Of a DNA stretch of 64,000 nucleotides, positions 8,318 to 19,767 are shown piece by piece. Source of the stretch: an uncultured Pelagibacteraceae bacterium (lineage in GTDB: Bacteria; Pseudomonadota; Alphaproteobacteria; Pelagibacterales; AG-422-B15); the NCBI GenBank assembly GCA_902570675.1, contig CACFYZ010000003.1:10066-74065 (forward strand). Direction: 5' to 3'. The number at the start of each line of letters is the position of its first letter. The first letter of the stretch is position 1. The position numbers were made by a program, and so were the translations under genes. The notes under the pieces were generated by a model. That model saw only the letters and a program-made list of their open reading frames with translations. It searched no databases and was not told where the DNA came from.

Positions 8318-9136
8318 ATGAAAAATCAAATCATCAACAACGATTTGAAAATCTTTGCAAAAAAATTTAATAAATTCTTTAAAACAAAATTAGGTAAAGA
8401 TAAAAATTTACTTAATAAAGCTATGTTATATTCAATTAATTCCGGGGGTAAGAGATTTAGGCCTTATTTAGTATATACTTTTGGAAAGGAACTAAATTTA
8501 TCTCACAATTTAATTTTTAATTTAGCCGCAATTATCGAGATGTTGCATAATTATTCTCTCGTACACGACGACTTGCCATCTATGGATAATGATAAATTTA
8601 GGCGGGGTAAAAAAACTACACATTACAAATACAATGAATATACAGCGATTCTCGCTGGTTGTGCTCTGTTGACTAAATCATACCAAATTCTATCAAGTAA
8701 GGCGCTTAGGCTTTCTGATAAGAAAAAAATTAAATTAATTGATACTATTAGTAAAGTTTCAGGCGAAAAAGGACTTCTACTAGGACAATATCATGATCTA
8801 AGTATTCAATCACCTTCAATAAGTGAAAGGATAAAAGTTAATAAATTAAAAACTGCCAGATTAATGTCATATTGTTGTCAAGCTGTAGCCATTTGTGCAG
8901 GCAAAAATAAAAATATTGAAAATAACTTTAAAAAAGCTGGTCAATATATTGGTGAAATTTTTCAAATAAATGATGATTTTGTTGACTTCCCTCAAATGCC
9001 TAAGCAAGATGCTGAAAAATTGTTAGAATATAAAAAAATATTAGTTGATAAAATTCATCAAATTTTTCATGTGTTAAAATTAAGAAGAAAAAAAACTTTT
9101 TTACTTATTGATTTTGTAAAAGATTTAAAAGTTTAA
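8318..9136 (+). CDS. ispA: Farnesyl diphosphate synthase (geranyltranstransferase), divergent C-terminus
   Basis: [38 protein letters not shown]. Confidence 0.82.
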   Translation: MKNQIINNDLKIFAKKFNKFFKTKLGKDKNLLNKAMLYSINSGGKRFRPYLVYTFGKELNLSHNLIFNLAAIIEMLHNYSLVHDDLPSMDNDKFRRGKKTTHYKYNEYTAILAGCALLTKSYQILSSKALRLSDKKKIKLIDTISKVSGEKGLLLGQYHDLSIQSPSISERIKVNKLKTARLMSYCCQAVAICAGKNKNIENNFKKAGQYIGEIFQINDDFVDFPQMPKQDAEKLLEYKKILVDKIHQIFHVLKLRRKKTFLLIDFVKDLKV

Positions 9137-10218
9137 CCACATTGAGCTCTGTTGCGCATAATATGGTCTGCGAGAACACATGCCATCATTGCCTCAGCAA
9201 TAGGAACTGCTCTTAGTCCTACACATGGATCATGGCGACCCTTTGTTGAAATTGTTGTATTTTTAAAATTACTATTAATAGTTTTTTTAGCCTTCAATAT
9301 TGATGATGTAGGTTTTATCGTGATTGACACATTTAAGTCCTGACCACTTGATATTCCACCTAAGATTCCCCCAGAGTTATTTGAAGAAAATTTTAGTTTT
9401 TTATTCTTACTGGCTCTTAATTCATCAGAGTTTTCATCTCCTGATAATTCTACAGCCTCATTGCCAATTCCTATTTCAACTCCTTTAACAGCATTGATAC
9501 TCATCATTGCAGCTGCAAGATCAGCATCTAATTTTCCATAAACAGGTTCCCCAAGTCCTGCAGGTACATTTTTAGCATTTACTAGAAGTTTTGCTCCCAA
9601 TGAGGACCCCTTTTTCCTGGTTGCGTCTAAATATTCTTCCCAAACTCTGACAATTTTCTTATCAGGACAAAAAAATGAATTTTTTTTGGCATCATTCCAA
9701 TTAAAATTTTTTTCATTTATAGCAAGCTTTCCAACTTGCGTTACAACTCCTTGAATAAGAACATCCTTATTTAGGAGATGGCTTATAACTTTTCTTGCAA
9801 CTGCACCAGCCGCAACTCTACTAGCTGTCTCTCTTGCTGAAGAACGCCCTCCACCTCTATAGTCTCTTATTCCATATTTTAAAAAGTAAGTTAAATCAGC
9901 ATGGCCAGGTCTAAATTTATTCTTTATATCCTTATAGTCTTTTGACTTTTGGTCTTTATTCCAAATCAGCAACATAATTGGTGTTCCGGTAGTTTTACCT
10001 TCAAATACTCCAGACAAAATTGAAACTTTATCATCTTCTCTTCTTTGTGTAACAAATCGATTTTTTCCAGGTTTTCTCATATCTAAGTAATTTTGAATAT
10101 CTTTTTCCTTTAAAGGGATTAAAGGGGGACAGCCATCAATAACACAACCGATCGCGATACCATGGGACTCACCCCATGTCGTAAAACGAAAATCCTTTCC
10201 AAAAGTATTGAATGACAT
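9133..10218 (-). CDS. aroC: Chorismate synthase
   Basis: [31 protein letters not shown]. Confidence 0.96.
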   Translation of the reverse strand: MSFNTFGKDFRFTTWGESHGIAIGCVIDGCPPLIPLKEKDIQNYLDMRKPGKNRFVTQRREDDKVSILSGVFEGKTTGTPIMLLIWNKDQKSKDYKDIKNKFRPGHADLTYFLKYGIRDYRGGGRSSARETASRVAAGAVARKVISHLLNKDVLIQGVVTQVGKLAINEKNFNWNDAKKNSFFCPDKKIVRVWEEYLDATRKKGSSLGAKLLVNAKNVPAGLGEPVYGKLDADLAAAMMSINAVKGVEIGIGNEAVELSGDENSDELRASKNKKLKFSSNNSGGILGGISSGQDLNVSITIKPTSSILKAKKTINSNFKNTTISTKGRHDPCVGLRAVPIAEAMMACVLADHIMRNRAQCG

Positions 10219-10220
10219 TT

Positions 10221-11201
10221 TTATTTTTCTCTTATTATTAAATGATCCACTAATTCAACAAGATACACTTTATATTTACTTCCTTCAAATTTATTAATAT
10301 TACTTTTGGCTTTTTTGGCAAATTTTCTTACAAATTCTGCAGATCTTTCATATGTATTAGTTTTTTTCATGAGACTTAAAATCAAATACAAATCTTTTTT
10401 ATTTCTTTTTTTCTTTAAGAAAAGCTTAGCAATTATTCTTTTTGACTTTTTATCAGACTTACGAAAACAGTGGATTATTGGATAAGTTACTTTTCCTTCA
10501 AAAAAATCTTTTCCAATATTTTTTCCCATTTTTTTTGAATTACCAAAGTAATCTAAAATGTCGTCAGATAATTGAAAAGCCATCCCAAAATTAAAACCAA
10601 AATCATTAAATATTTTTTGAGTTTTTCTCTCTTGGTTAGTGATTATTGTAGGCAAGTAACAAGATATTCTAAATAGTTCTGCCGTTTTAGCATTAATGAT
10701 AGATAGATACTTTTTTTCTGATAAATTGACATTCTGATTATTTCCTACGTCTTGTATTTGCCCGCGAGCTAATATAAGCGATGTCTGAGATAATATCTCT
10801 AGAAGTTTTAACGACTTATTTTTGACCATTAATTTAAAAGCTCTACTTAAAAGATAGTCGCCCACTAAAACACTTACTTTGTTTCCCCATATTTCGTTTG
10901 CACTCCTTTTTCCTCTTCGAATTTTTCCTGCATCTATTACATCATCATGTAATAAAGTTGCGTTATGGATAAATTCGATACATACAGCAAGTGTTACGTC
11001 AGCACTTCCTTTATAATTAAGTATTCGTGCTATCAAGAGGGTGAGAAGTGGTCTGATTTTTTTTCCTTTAGCCTTTATAAGATGGCCCGCTGTTAATGTG
11101 ATTAATTTCTCTTCGTCTTTGATATTTGTGCTTATTTCTTTATCAACTCTCTTAAGGGAACCTTTCAATAAACGAGATAATGATTTTTCAGAAGTATTCA
11201 C
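10221..11201 (-). CDS. ispB: Long-chain polyprenyl diphosphate synthase
   Basis: [16 protein letters not shown]...[29 protein letters not shown]. Confidence 0.88.
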   Translation of the reverse strand: MNTSEKSLSRLLKGSLKRVDKEISTNIKDEEKLITLTAGHLIKAKGKKIRPLLTLLIARILNYKGSADVTLAVCIEFIHNATLLHDDVIDAGKIRRGKRSANEIWGNKVSVLVGDYLLSRAFKLMVKNKSLKLLEILSQTSLILARGQIQDVGNNQNVNLSEKKYLSIINAKTAELFRISCYLPTIITNQERKTQKIFNDFGFNFGMAFQLSDDILDYFGNSKKMGKNIGKDFFEGKVTYPIIHCFRKSDKKSKRIIAKLFLKKKRNKKDLYLILSLMKKTNTYERSAEFVRKFAKKAKSNINKFEGSKYKVYLVELVDHLIIREK

Positions 11202-11296
11202 TGATATAAGTAATGATGTTGTTTTATATTTAGATGTACTTATAATATAGTCTCATATAAATAAAAGTTATTGATTTCTGACAAAAATTCAAAAAA

Positions 11297-12103
11297 ATGA
11301 GCTTATTATCCTCTAAAAAAAGAATAAATATAGTCGGCTTGCGTGGAGTTATCGGCGATCTAGGTAGATTTCAAAAAGGACTAACACTTGAAAACTGCTC
11401 TAGTATTTTAGAAAAAGCTTTTACTTTTAAAAAACCATCAGTTGTGATTATTAAAATCAATTCCCCAGGCGGATCGCCAGTTCAATCTGAACTAATACAC
11501 AATCGGATTAAAAATTTAGCAAAAAAAAATAATGTAAAGGTAATTACAATTGCAGAAGACGTTGCTGCATCGGGCGGTTATATGCTTATGTGTGCTGGAG
11601 ACATATTAATTGCTAATAAAAGTTCTATCGTAGGTTCTATCGGTGTTATCAGTGCTTCGTTTGGGTTTAAAAAGCTGATTGATAAATTAGGAATTAAAAG
11701 AAGAGTATTTACAAAAGGGGATAGAAAATCTTTTTTAGATCCTTTTGAAGATGTTTCTAAAAAAGACATAGATAAGCTAATTAAGGTACAGGACAGCATA
11801 TTTGAAAATTTTAAAGAATTAGTTTTAAAAAATAGAAAAAAGAAGATAGATCCAAAAAAAGTTTTTAATGGAGAGTTTTGGACTGGTGAGCAAGCAAAAA
11901 AAATTGGTCTAGTTGACTCAAACGATGAACTTAATTCATATATTGAAAAATATTACGGAAAAAAATTAAAAATAAGAAATATTGAAGAAAAAAAATCCTT
12001 TATTAAAAATATTTTAAGTAATCAACTATCAAATAACGATCTCGTAGATCGATTAATAGAAGCTCTTAGAGAAAATTCTTTCTGGAGTCGATATGGCCTC
12101 TAA
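11297..12103 (+). CDS. S49 family peptidase (SppA/SohB-like)
   Basis: [27 protein letters not shown]. Confidence 0.9.
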   Translation: MSLLSSKKRINIVGLRGVIGDLGRFQKGLTLENCSSILEKAFTFKKPSVVIIKINSPGGSPVQSELIHNRIKNLAKKNNVKVITIAEDVAASGGYMLMCAGDILIANKSSIVGSIGVISASFGFKKLIDKLGIKRRVFTKGDRKSFLDPFEDVSKKDIDKLIKVQDSIFENFKELVLKNRKKKIDPKKVFNGEFWTGEQAKKIGLVDSNDELNSYIEKYYGKKLKIRNIEEKKSFIKNILSNQLSNNDLVDRLIEALRENSFWSRYGL

Positions 12104-13451
12104 AAATATGGAAGACCTCGTTTCTTTATGTAAAAGACGAGGATTTATTTTTCAATCGAGTGAAATTTATGGAGGTCTACAGGGTATATATGATTATGGG
12201 CCGCTTGGGGTTGAATTAAAGAATAATCTAAAGTCGTCATGGTGGAAGTCAATGATCTATGATCGTGACGATGTGGAAGGACTTGATGCATCAATTTTGA
12301 CAAGTCGTCACGTATTAAAATATTCCGGACACGAGGATACTTTTTCTGACCCTTTAGTAGACTGTAGAAACTGTAAAAATAGATTTAGATCTGATCAATC
12401 AGATGACGGTAAATGTCCAGCTTGCGGATCTGATGATTTAACTGAGCCACGTCCATTTAACCTTATGTTTAAAACAACTGTTGGTCCTGTCGATGATGGA
12501 AGTAATTTTGCATACTTAAGGCCTGAAACTGCCCAGCAAATTTTTACAAATTTTAAAAATATTTTGGATTCAACCAGCAAATCAATACCTTTTGGAATTG
12601 CTCAAATTGGTAAAGCATTTAGAAATGAAGTCACCCCAGGTAAGTTTATATTCAGAGTAAGAGAATTTGAACAAATGGAACTAGAGTATTTTGTTGAGCC
12701 GGGTAAAGACGAAGAATGGCATGAATATTGGGTCGAAAAGAGACATTCTTGGTGGATTGATCAAGGCATATCAGAAAACAAACTTAAAAAGTTAGTTGTA
12801 GAGCCTGCTGACTTATCTCACTACGCAAAAGCAACTATTGATCTTATGTATGAATTTCCTCACGGATTGGAGGAATTAGAGGGAATTGCAAATAGGACTG
12901 ACTTTGATTTAGGGTCGCATACAAAAAATCAAAATGAGTTTAAGATATCAGCCAATGTAATAAAGAACGATCAATCAACAACAAAGTTAGGTGTTCAAAA
13001 TTTAAACAGTAAAGAATGGTATATTCCATATGTGATTGAGCCCTCTGCGGGTGTGGATAGAGGTGTATTTGCCATACTGAATGAAGCGTATAATGAAGAA
13101 TCATTAGAAAATGGAAATAAAAGAATTGTATTAGGTCTTAAACCACATCTCTCGCCTATAAAGGCAGCTGTTATACCTTTAAAAAGAAATAATGAGGACT
13201 TGGTAAATAAAGCAAGCAAAATTAAAGACGAACTTCAAGCACTTGGTATGGGGCGGGTTATACTTGAAAACTCAGGCAATATTGGAAAAGGCTATAGACG
13301 TCACGACGAGATTGGAACGCCAATTTGCATAACTGTTGATTTTGAAACAATTGAAAATGATACAGTCACTATAAGAGATAGAGACTCAATGTCTCAAAAA
13401 AGAGTCTCGTCTAAAGATTTAACCATTGAGTACAAAAGAATATTTAATTAA
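12093..13451 (+). CDS. glyQS: Glycine--tRNA ligase, homodimeric alpha2 (archaeal/eukaryotic-type)
   Basis: [51 protein letters not shown] anticodon domain. Confidence 0.94.
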   Translation: MASKNMEDLVSLCKRRGFIFQSSEIYGGLQGIYDYGPLGVELKNNLKSSWWKSMIYDRDDVEGLDASILTSRHVLKYSGHEDTFSDPLVDCRNCKNRFRSDQSDDGKCPACGSDDLTEPRPFNLMFKTTVGPVDDGSNFAYLRPETAQQIFTNFKNILDSTSKSIPFGIAQIGKAFRNEVTPGKFIFRVREFEQMELEYFVEPGKDEEWHEYWVEKRHSWWIDQGISENKLKKLVVEPADLSHYAKATIDLMYEFPHGLEELEGIANRTDFDLGSHTKNQNEFKISANVIKNDQSTTKLGVQNLNSKEWYIPYVIEPSAGVDRGVFAILNEAYNEESLENGNKRIVLGLKPHLSPIKAAVIPLKRNNEDLVNKASKIKDELQALGMGRVILENSGNIGKGYRRHDEIGTPICITVDFETIENDTVTIRDRDSMSQKRVSSKDLTIEYKRIFN

Positions 13452-13913
13452 TTATATGTTTCTTTTTGGAAATTCTATCTTTTGAAAAGGCCATGACTTT
13501 TGCAACCAGGCCTTAAAAGTTTTACCTAATTCTGTCTCAATGCCACTTTCAAGTAAATTTTCTCGAATCCAATAATATGCTTGTACTTCAAATTCAGGAT
13601 TGCTCGAAGGATAAATATAGCAGCATCCAATGACTACATCCTCATTATTTGGCAAAACTACAGTATATGCGAAAGAATGTTTTAGAGAAAACTCTTTTTC
13701 ATGCCAACCTAGATCAACTAAATTTTCATCTAAAGTCATACCTATTGGCCAATCACTATCATCCATAAGTTTATGTAAATGTTTCTGACTTTCCATTACT
13801 GCTTCATAGTCATTCTTCAGATATTTAATCGTTAATGGTCTTAATATGAAACTCTCAGTTACTAATTCCTTAGGAACGTTAAAATCTTTCTTAACGATTG
13901 GTCGGCTATACAT
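13452..13913 (-). CDS. GNAT-like acetyltransferase / conserved hypothetical protein
   Basis: LRPL...DYEAVMES, FAYTV...IGCCYIYP, WPF...FP pattern of a RimJ-like GNAT family. Confidence 0.65.
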   Translation of the reverse strand: MYSRPIVKKDFNVPKELVTESFILRPLTIKYLKNDYEAVMESQKHLHKLMDDSDWPIGMTLDENLVDLGWHEKEFSLKHSFAYTVVLPNNEDVVIGCCYIYPSSNPEFEVQAYYWIRENLLESGIETELGKTFKAWLQKSWPFQKIEFPKRNI

Positions 13914-14756
13914 TTAAATTTCTAAGCCAAAATCTATATTTTCAATACTGTGTGTGATCTGTCCCGTTGAAATACGATCAACTCTAGTTTTTGCATACGA
14001 TTTTAAATTTTTTAAATTAATATTTCCTGAAGCCTCACAAAGAAATCTATTGCCCACCATTTTTAAACATCTTAAAATTTCTTTTTCAGTCATATTATCC
14101 AATAACACAATATCAATTTTTTGATCTAAAATTTCTTGTAGCTGCTTAATCGTATCAACTTCAACTGTAATCTTTTTCTTTAATTTGGATCTTCTAATTT
14201 TTTTTATTTTATCAATGAGATTATCTTCATCACTAAGATGATTGTCTTTTATAAAATAAAAATCAGATAGAGAGGACCTATTAACATATGCCCCACCTAC
14301 TGTGAGTGCATATTTTTGCATTTCTCTAATCCCTGGAATTGTTTTTCTTGTCGAATAAATCTTCACCCCATAAGTTCTTGCAATATCAACATATTTTCTT
14401 GTTTTTGAGGCAATACCCGACATCAAACCTAAAAAATTTAGAGCAGTTCTCTCTGCTGATAGTATACTTTCTGCGCTACCACTTACGGTTATTATTTTGT
14501 CTCCTTTTATTACTTTACTTCCATCTTCCTTCAACATTTTAATTTTTATTGAATTGTCTAGCATTTTAAATGTCTGATAAGCAAATTTTGTCCCACACAA
14601 AATTGCACTTTCTTTTACATGAATACTTGCTTTTAAAGTTGATCTTTTTGAAATTAAAGTCTTTGAGGTAATATCTCCTGATGCACCAAAATCTTCATTC
14701 AAAGCGATTCTAATCTTTTCTTTGATATATTTATTAGCTAACGAGTTTTTCATCAA
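13914..14756 (-). CDS. nadC: Nicotinate-nucleotide diphosphorylase (quinolinate phosphoribosyltransferase)
   Basis: ERTALNFL, STRKTIPG, IKDNH, VEVD, LLDNM, EASGNI. Confidence 0.93.
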   Translation of the reverse strand: MMKNSLANKYIKEKIRIALNEDFGASGDITSKTLISKRSTLKASIHVKESAILCGTKFAYQTFKMLDNSIKIKMLKEDGSKVIKGDKIITVSGSAESILSAERTALNFLGLMSGIASKTRKYVDIARTYGVKIYSTRKTIPGIREMQKYALTVGGAYVNRSSLSDFYFIKDNHLSDEDNLIDKIKKIRRSKLKKKITVEVDTIKQLQEILDQKIDIVLLDNMTEKEILRCLKMVGNRFLCEASGNINLKNLKSYAKTRVDRISTGQITHSIENIDFGLEI

Positions 14757-16347
14757 ATTTTGATCTGTCGGTTTCTAAAATAGTTTTTATGTAATAATCA
14801 ATATCAGAATATTTGAGATCAAAATGTTTGATTAGATCATTATTTGTATCTTTATAATCAGATCTTAAATGACAACCTCTGCTTTCTTTTCTTAAGTAAG
14901 CACTTATTATAATGAATTTACACACCAAAAGCATGTCGTTTAATTTTGCCGAAAGTCCCTTTGATTCCCTCTCAATTTTTAAGACATCATTTAATCCTCG
15001 TATGATAGTATCTTTATTTCTTACGATACCCAAATTTCTCATCATAGAAGAACGAAGTTGCCATATATATTTTTTGGCTCTAATTTTATTTTTCGTTTTT
15101 TCTTTAAATATTTTTATAAACCCTGAGCTTATATTAATTTTACTATCAATATCTTTATTATTTATTTCTTCCGCAACAATTTTAGCGAAAACAAGTGACT
15201 CTAATAATGAGTTAGACGCTAGGCGATTGGCTCCGTGTATACCAGTAGCTGCAACTTCACCACAACACCACAGGCCTTCAACCGATGTCTGTCCCTTAAG
15301 ATTAGTTTTTACTCCACCAATGTGATAATGAGCCACAGGAAGTATGGGAAGTAAATCTACCTCAGGATCTAAATCTGCTTTTTTGCAATAAGAATAGACT
15401 TGAGGAAATCTAGTATTAAAGTTCTTCCCAATATGTCGGCAATCTAAAAATACTGAGTTTCCTCTCTCAATTTGATTAAATATACTTTGTGCTATGAGAT
15501 CTCTAGGAGCTAACTCATTTGCAGGATGAGCACCCAGCATAAATCTTTCTTCATGCTGATTAACTAAATAGGCTCCTTCACCTCTGATGGCTTCTGTTGC
15601 AAGTGGTGTTGGGTCAAGACCAAAGTCCAGGCCTGTGGGATGAAATTGTATAAACTCCATATCTGTGAGAATTGCCCCTGCTTGAGACGCCAATGCAATT
15701 CCCTCTCCATACGAACTTCTCGGATTAGTTGTATTGGCATATAAGCCCCCAAGACCACCCGTCGCTAAAACAACGTGAGTACTTTCAATAACAACATTGT
15801 TATTTGGAATATTTTTATCAGTAAATCTTCCTATTACACCATAGATTTTGTTTTGATCAGTCATAATGTTGTCGATTGATACATTTTCAAGAACTGTAAT
15901 GTGCTCGCTTTGTTTGACGTTTTCAATCAGACCTCTCATGATTTCAAGTCCCGAGCTATCGCCTTTAGATCTGATTATACGATTATGGCTATGAGCACCT
16001 TCCAAGCCCAAATTAAAGGACCCATCTTTATTCTTATCAAAATTAACTCCATAGCTTTCTAAATCGGCGATAATGTTTTTTGCATTATTAACTACTTTTT
16101 CTATCGCATCGGAATTTGCTAAACCTACAGCAGTACTTAAAGTATCTTGAATATGGCTTTCGTTACTGTCATCTTTGGAAACAGCTGCTGCTATGCCACC
16201 TTGTGCCCAGCTACTTGAAGTATTTATACCAAGTGAACTTTTTGTAATTATACAAACTTTTCTTGGAGCTAAGTTTAGAGCAACTGTTAATCCTGCTACA
16301 CCTCCACCGACAACAACTACATCAGGACTGTATATAGCATCAGCCAT
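14734..16347 (-). CDS. nadB: L-aspartate oxidase
   Basis: GGGVAG, AQGGIAA, LEGAHS, QFHPT, ATEAIRGEG, HGANRLASNSLLE; lies between nadA and nadC. Confidence 0.94.
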   Translation of the reverse strand: MADAIYSPDVVVVGGGVAGLTVALNLAPRKVCIITKSSLGINTSSSWAQGGIAAAVSKDDSNESHIQDTLSTAVGLANSDAIEKVVNNAKNIIADLESYGVNFDKNKDGSFNLGLEGAHSHNRIIRSKGDSSGLEIMRGLIENVKQSEHITVLENVSIDNIMTDQNKIYGVIGRFTDKNIPNNNVVIESTHVVLATGGLGGLYANTTNPRSSYGEGIALASQAGAILTDMEFIQFHPTGLDFGLDPTPLATEAIRGEGAYLVNQHEERFMLGAHPANELAPRDLIAQSIFNQIERGNSVFLDCRHIGKNFNTRFPQVYSYCKKADLDPEVDLLPILPVAHYHIGGVKTNLKGQTSVEGLWCCGEVAATGIHGANRLASNSLLESLVFAKIVAEEINNKDIDSKINISSGFIKIFKEKTKNKIRAKKYIWQLRSSMMRNLGIVRNKDTIIRGLNDVLKIERESKGLSAKLNDMLLVCKFIIISAYLRKESRGCHLRSDYKDTNNDLIKHFDLKYSDIDYYIKTILETDRSKFDEKLVS

Positions 16348-17369
16348 TATGAACTGCGACCAATTTCAAGCATTCTATCGATAGAGATACGTGCTTTATT
16401 AATAATATCTTTATTCACTTCTACTTGATATTGATTATAGCGAATCGCATCTAATATTTTTTTTAACGAAACTCTCTTCATATGTGGACATAAGTTACAT
16501 GGCCTAATGAACTCAACATTAGGATTTTCAATAGCAACATTATCGCTCATCGAACACTCAGTGACCATTATTACCTTTTGTGGTTGGTTATTTTTCACGT
16601 AGTTGTTCATTCCAGCAGTTGAACCTGAGAAATCACTAACTGCTACAACATCTGGTGAACACTCTGGATGAGCCAGAACTACTATATTTTTGTGTTGGTT
16701 TTTATATGCTAAAATTTCTTCAGCAGTAAATCTCTCATGAACTTCACATCTTCCCTTCCATGCGATAATTTCTACATTTGTTTGTTTTGCAATATTTTTA
16801 GCTAAGTATTCATCAGGTAAAAAAATTACCTTATTAGTTCCAAGCGACTCCACCACGTGCTTTGCATTACCAGATGTGCAACAAACGTCAGTCTCAGCTT
16901 TAACCTCTGCAGATGTATTAACATATGTTACTACAGGGACACCTGGATATTTTTGTTTTAGTAAGCGTATATCGTCGGCAGTAATTGACTCAGATAAAGA
17001 GCATCCAGCCCTTTCATCGGGGATGAGAACATTTTTTTCTGGGCTTAAAATTTTTGCTGTTTCGGCCATAAAATGAACACCACAGAGAACAATTGTATCC
17101 GCTTTTGAATCTCGAGCTTCATAAGCTAGCTTAAGAGAGTCTCCAACTATGTCAGATACACAGTGAAATATTTCTGGCGTTTGATAATTATGCGTAAGGA
17201 TTGCAATATTCTTTTCTTTCTTGAGACGGTTGATTTCATATATTAAAGGGGCGTGAAATTGCCATTCCACCTCTGGAATAAACTTCTCAACTCGATTATA
17301 GAGTTCAGCTGTGGCTTTTTTTACTTCAGAATTAAAATCTGATGGATATTTTAAATCTTGCCTTAACAT
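16347..17369 (-). CDS. nadA: Quinolinate synthase
   Basis: [35 protein letters not shown]. Confidence 0.95.
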   Translation of the reverse strand: MLRQDLKYPSDFNSEVKKATAELYNRVEKFIPEVEWQFHAPLIYEINRLKKEKNIAILTHNYQTPEIFHCVSDIVGDSLKLAYEARDSKADTIVLCGVHFMAETAKILSPEKNVLIPDERAGCSLSESITADDIRLLKQKYPGVPVVTYVNTSAEVKAETDVCCTSGNAKHVVESLGTNKVIFLPDEYLAKNIAKQTNVEIIAWKGRCEVHERFTAEEILAYKNQHKNIVVLAHPECSPDVVAVSDFSGSTAGMNNYVKNNQPQKVIMVTECSMSDNVAIENPNVEFIRPCNLCPHMKRVSLKKILDAIRYNQYQVEVNKDIINKARISIDRMLEIGRSS

Positions 17370-17461
17370 CTTTATTATTTAACGTTATTTAATATTACAA
17401 TTATAGTTAAATGTATATATTTCAACAATATAACTTAACCGTTGAAAATAGGGGAGTCTGG

Positions 17462-17547
17462 GCCGTCGTGCTGGAATTGGTAGACAGGCTGGTTTGAGGG
17501 ATCAGTGAACATTGTTCGTGAGAGTTCGAGTCTCTCCGACGGCACCA
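17462..17547 (+). tRNA. tRNA-Leu (anticodon GAG)
   Basis: GCCGTCG/CGACGGC acceptor, anticodon arm CTGGT-TTGAGGG-ATCAG, long variable arm, CCA. Confidence 0.94.
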
Positions 17548-17575
17548 TTGGAAAAAATAGAAAAGAAATGTATTT

Positions 17576-18460
17576 ATGAAATTATTATTTATCGGACCAA
17601 CAAGAATAGGTGACTCCATTCTCTCGACCTCAATTCTGAACTACTACCTTGAGAGTAATAAAGAATTTAAATTTACAATTATCACAAGTTCTTATTCAAA
17701 GGATTTGTTTGAAAAGTTACCTAATTTAGAAAAAATTATCGTTATTGATAAAAGAAATTATGGATTTCATTGGTATAAAATATGGGCCTCAGTTGTATTC
17801 AAAAAGTGGGATTTAGTTATTGATATGAGATCGTCCGCGATTTCATATTTTTTAAATAAAAAAATGAAAATGATATTTAGAGGTAATCATACTGAACATA
17901 AGGTTATTCAATTCCAAAAATTTCTTAAGACTCAAAAACATATCAATCCAAAGATCTGGTATGATAAAGAAGATCAAATAATTAGTGAGGAAAAAATTAA
18001 TCTCCCGGGACCATTCATTGCATTATCACCATTTTCAAATTGGTACAAAAAAGACTGGTCTATAAAAAAATATATAGAATTATTCCATCATGACTTTTTT
18101 AAAAAATATACTTTAATAATTTCTGGAATTACCTCAGAAAAAACAGATGATGATGACTTTAATATATTATTAAATCATCCAAATATAAAAGTATTAAATT
18201 TGCTTGATACAGGTCTTCGACAAATGATTCCTATATTTGAAAATTGCGAATTTTTTGTTGGAAGTGATAGTGGATTAATGCATCTTGCAGCAACAACAAA
18301 ATGTAAGACATTTGCATTATTCGGACCAACGAATGAAATTGTTTATAGGCCATGGGGTAACCATAGAGTCATAAAAGCTTATAATTCCTCAAGAGACGAT
18401 GACTCTTTGAATCTTTCTGTAAATCAGGTATTGAATGTAATAAAGGAAGAAATAGTATGA
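17576..18460 (+). CDS. Glycosyltransferase family 9 (heptosyltransferase-like)
   Basis: RIGDSIL, GSDSGLMHLAA, LFGPT. Confidence 0.88.
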   Translation: MKLLFIGPTRIGDSILSTSILNYYLESNKEFKFTIITSSYSKDLFEKLPNLEKIIVIDKRNYGFHWYKIWASVVFKKWDLVIDMRSSAISYFLNKKMKMIFRGNHTEHKVIQFQKFLKTQKHINPKIWYDKEDQIISEEKINLPGPFIALSPFSNWYKKDWSIKKYIELFHHDFFKKYTLIISGITSEKTDDDDFNILLNHPNIKVLNLLDTGLRQMIPIFENCEFFVGSDSGLMHLAATTKCKTFALFGPTNEIVYRPWGNHRVIKAYNSSRDDDSLNLSVNQVLNVIKEEIV

Positions 18461-19767
18461 TTGACTTAATTATTGAAAATGGAACTGTTGTAACTCATAA
18501 CTCTTCAAGAAAAATTGATGTAGCTATAAAAAATGGAAAAATCTTTAAATTAGGTAAATTAAGAAATCAAAAAGCAAAAGAGAGAATCGATGCTACCGAA
18601 CTGTACATAATGCCAGGTGCATTTGATACACAAGTACATTTTAGAGAACCAGGAAATACAAAAAAAGAAGATCTCAGGACAGGAAGTTTAGCTGCTGTCG
18701 CTGGCGGTATAACATCTGTATTTGATATGCCCAATAATAAACCCAGCATTACAACAAAAAAACTTTTTATGACTAAACTTAAAAGGGCAGAAAAGCGAAT
18801 GCATTGTAATTTTGCTTTTTATTTTGGAGCTGAAAAAAATAATATAAATGAAATTAAAAAAATTGAAAAAGTCAAAGGCTGTTGTGGGGTAAAGGTTTTT
18901 GTTGGATCTTCTACAGGAACTTTGCTTGTTTCTAATCATGAGGATATTCGAAAAATTATGAGATCAACTAAAAAGATGATTTCATTTCACTCTGAGGATG
19001 AAGATTTATTAAATCAAAGAAAAAAATATATAAAAAGAGGAAAACCATTAAGTCATAAGGATTGGAGAAATGTTGATACTGCCTTACTATCAACTCGTAA
19101 ATTAATTAATTCTGCAAATAGAACAAAAAAGAATATTCATATTCTTCATATTACGACTGAAGAGGAGGTAAAGTTACTTAGAAAGAATAGAAAATATGTT
19201 TCTTTCGAGGTTACACCGCAGCATCTTACTCTCTCAGCACCAAGTTGTTACAATAAATTAGGAACTTTTGCACAAATGAATCCTCCAATCAGAGAAAAAA
19301 AACATCTTAATTATCTTAGAAAAACTCTTGAAGCTGGTAAGATTGATATAATAGGATCAGATCATGCTCCTCACTTAAAAGAAGAAAAGAAAAAGATCTA
19401 TCCAAATAGTCCGTCTGGAATGCCAGGGGTTCAAACACTGTTACCAATTTTATTAAACGAGGTCGCTAATAAATTCATCTCAATTCATGAAGTTGTAAAG
19501 CTGACAAGTTACAATCCTAAGAAAATATTCAAAATTAAGAATAAAGGACTTATAAAAATAGGATATGATGCAGATTTAACAATCATTGATTTAAATAAAC
19601 GTAAGAAAGTACTTAACAAAGATATGCAAACAAAGTGCGGATGGTCACCTTTTCATGGAACATCACTTCAAGGATGGCCAGTAGGCACTATCATCAACGG
19701 TGAAAAGGCATATTGGAAAAACAAAATTAATAAAAAAGTTTTTGGTAAGCCAATACTATTTAACTAA
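18457..19767 (+). CDS. pyrC: Dihydroorotase
   Basis: DTQVHFREPG, DMPN, EVTPQHL, MNPPIR, GSDHAPH. Confidence 0.9.
   Translation: MIDLIIENGTVVTHNSSRKIDVAIKNGKIFKLGKLRNQKAKERIDATELYIMPGAFDTQVHFREPGNTKKEDLRTGSLAAVAGGITSVFDMPNNKPSITTKKLFMTKLKRAEKRMHCNFAFYFGAEKNNINEIKKIEKVKGCCGVKVFVGSSTGTLLVSNHEDIRKIMRSTKKMISFHSEDEDLLNQRKKYIKRGKPLSHKDWRNVDTALLSTRKLINSANRTKKNIHILHITTEEEVKLLRKNRKYVSFEVTPQHLTLSAPSCYNKLGTFAQMNPPIREKKHLNYLRKTLEAGKIDIIGSDHAPHLKEEKKKIYPNSPSGMPGVQTLLPILLNEVANKFISIHEVVKLTSYNPKKIFKIKNKGLIKIGYDADLTIIDLNKRKKVLNKDMQTKCGWSPFHGTSLQGWPVGTIINGEKAYWKNKINKKVFGKPILFN

Noticed and set aside
17370-17461. NadQ/NrtR operator upstream of nadA
   Set aside because: No convincing palindrome, and no regulator gene is adjacent.
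17422-17619. 65-aa minus-strand ORF
   Set aside because: Reverse complement of tRNA-Leu and the start of the GT9 gene.
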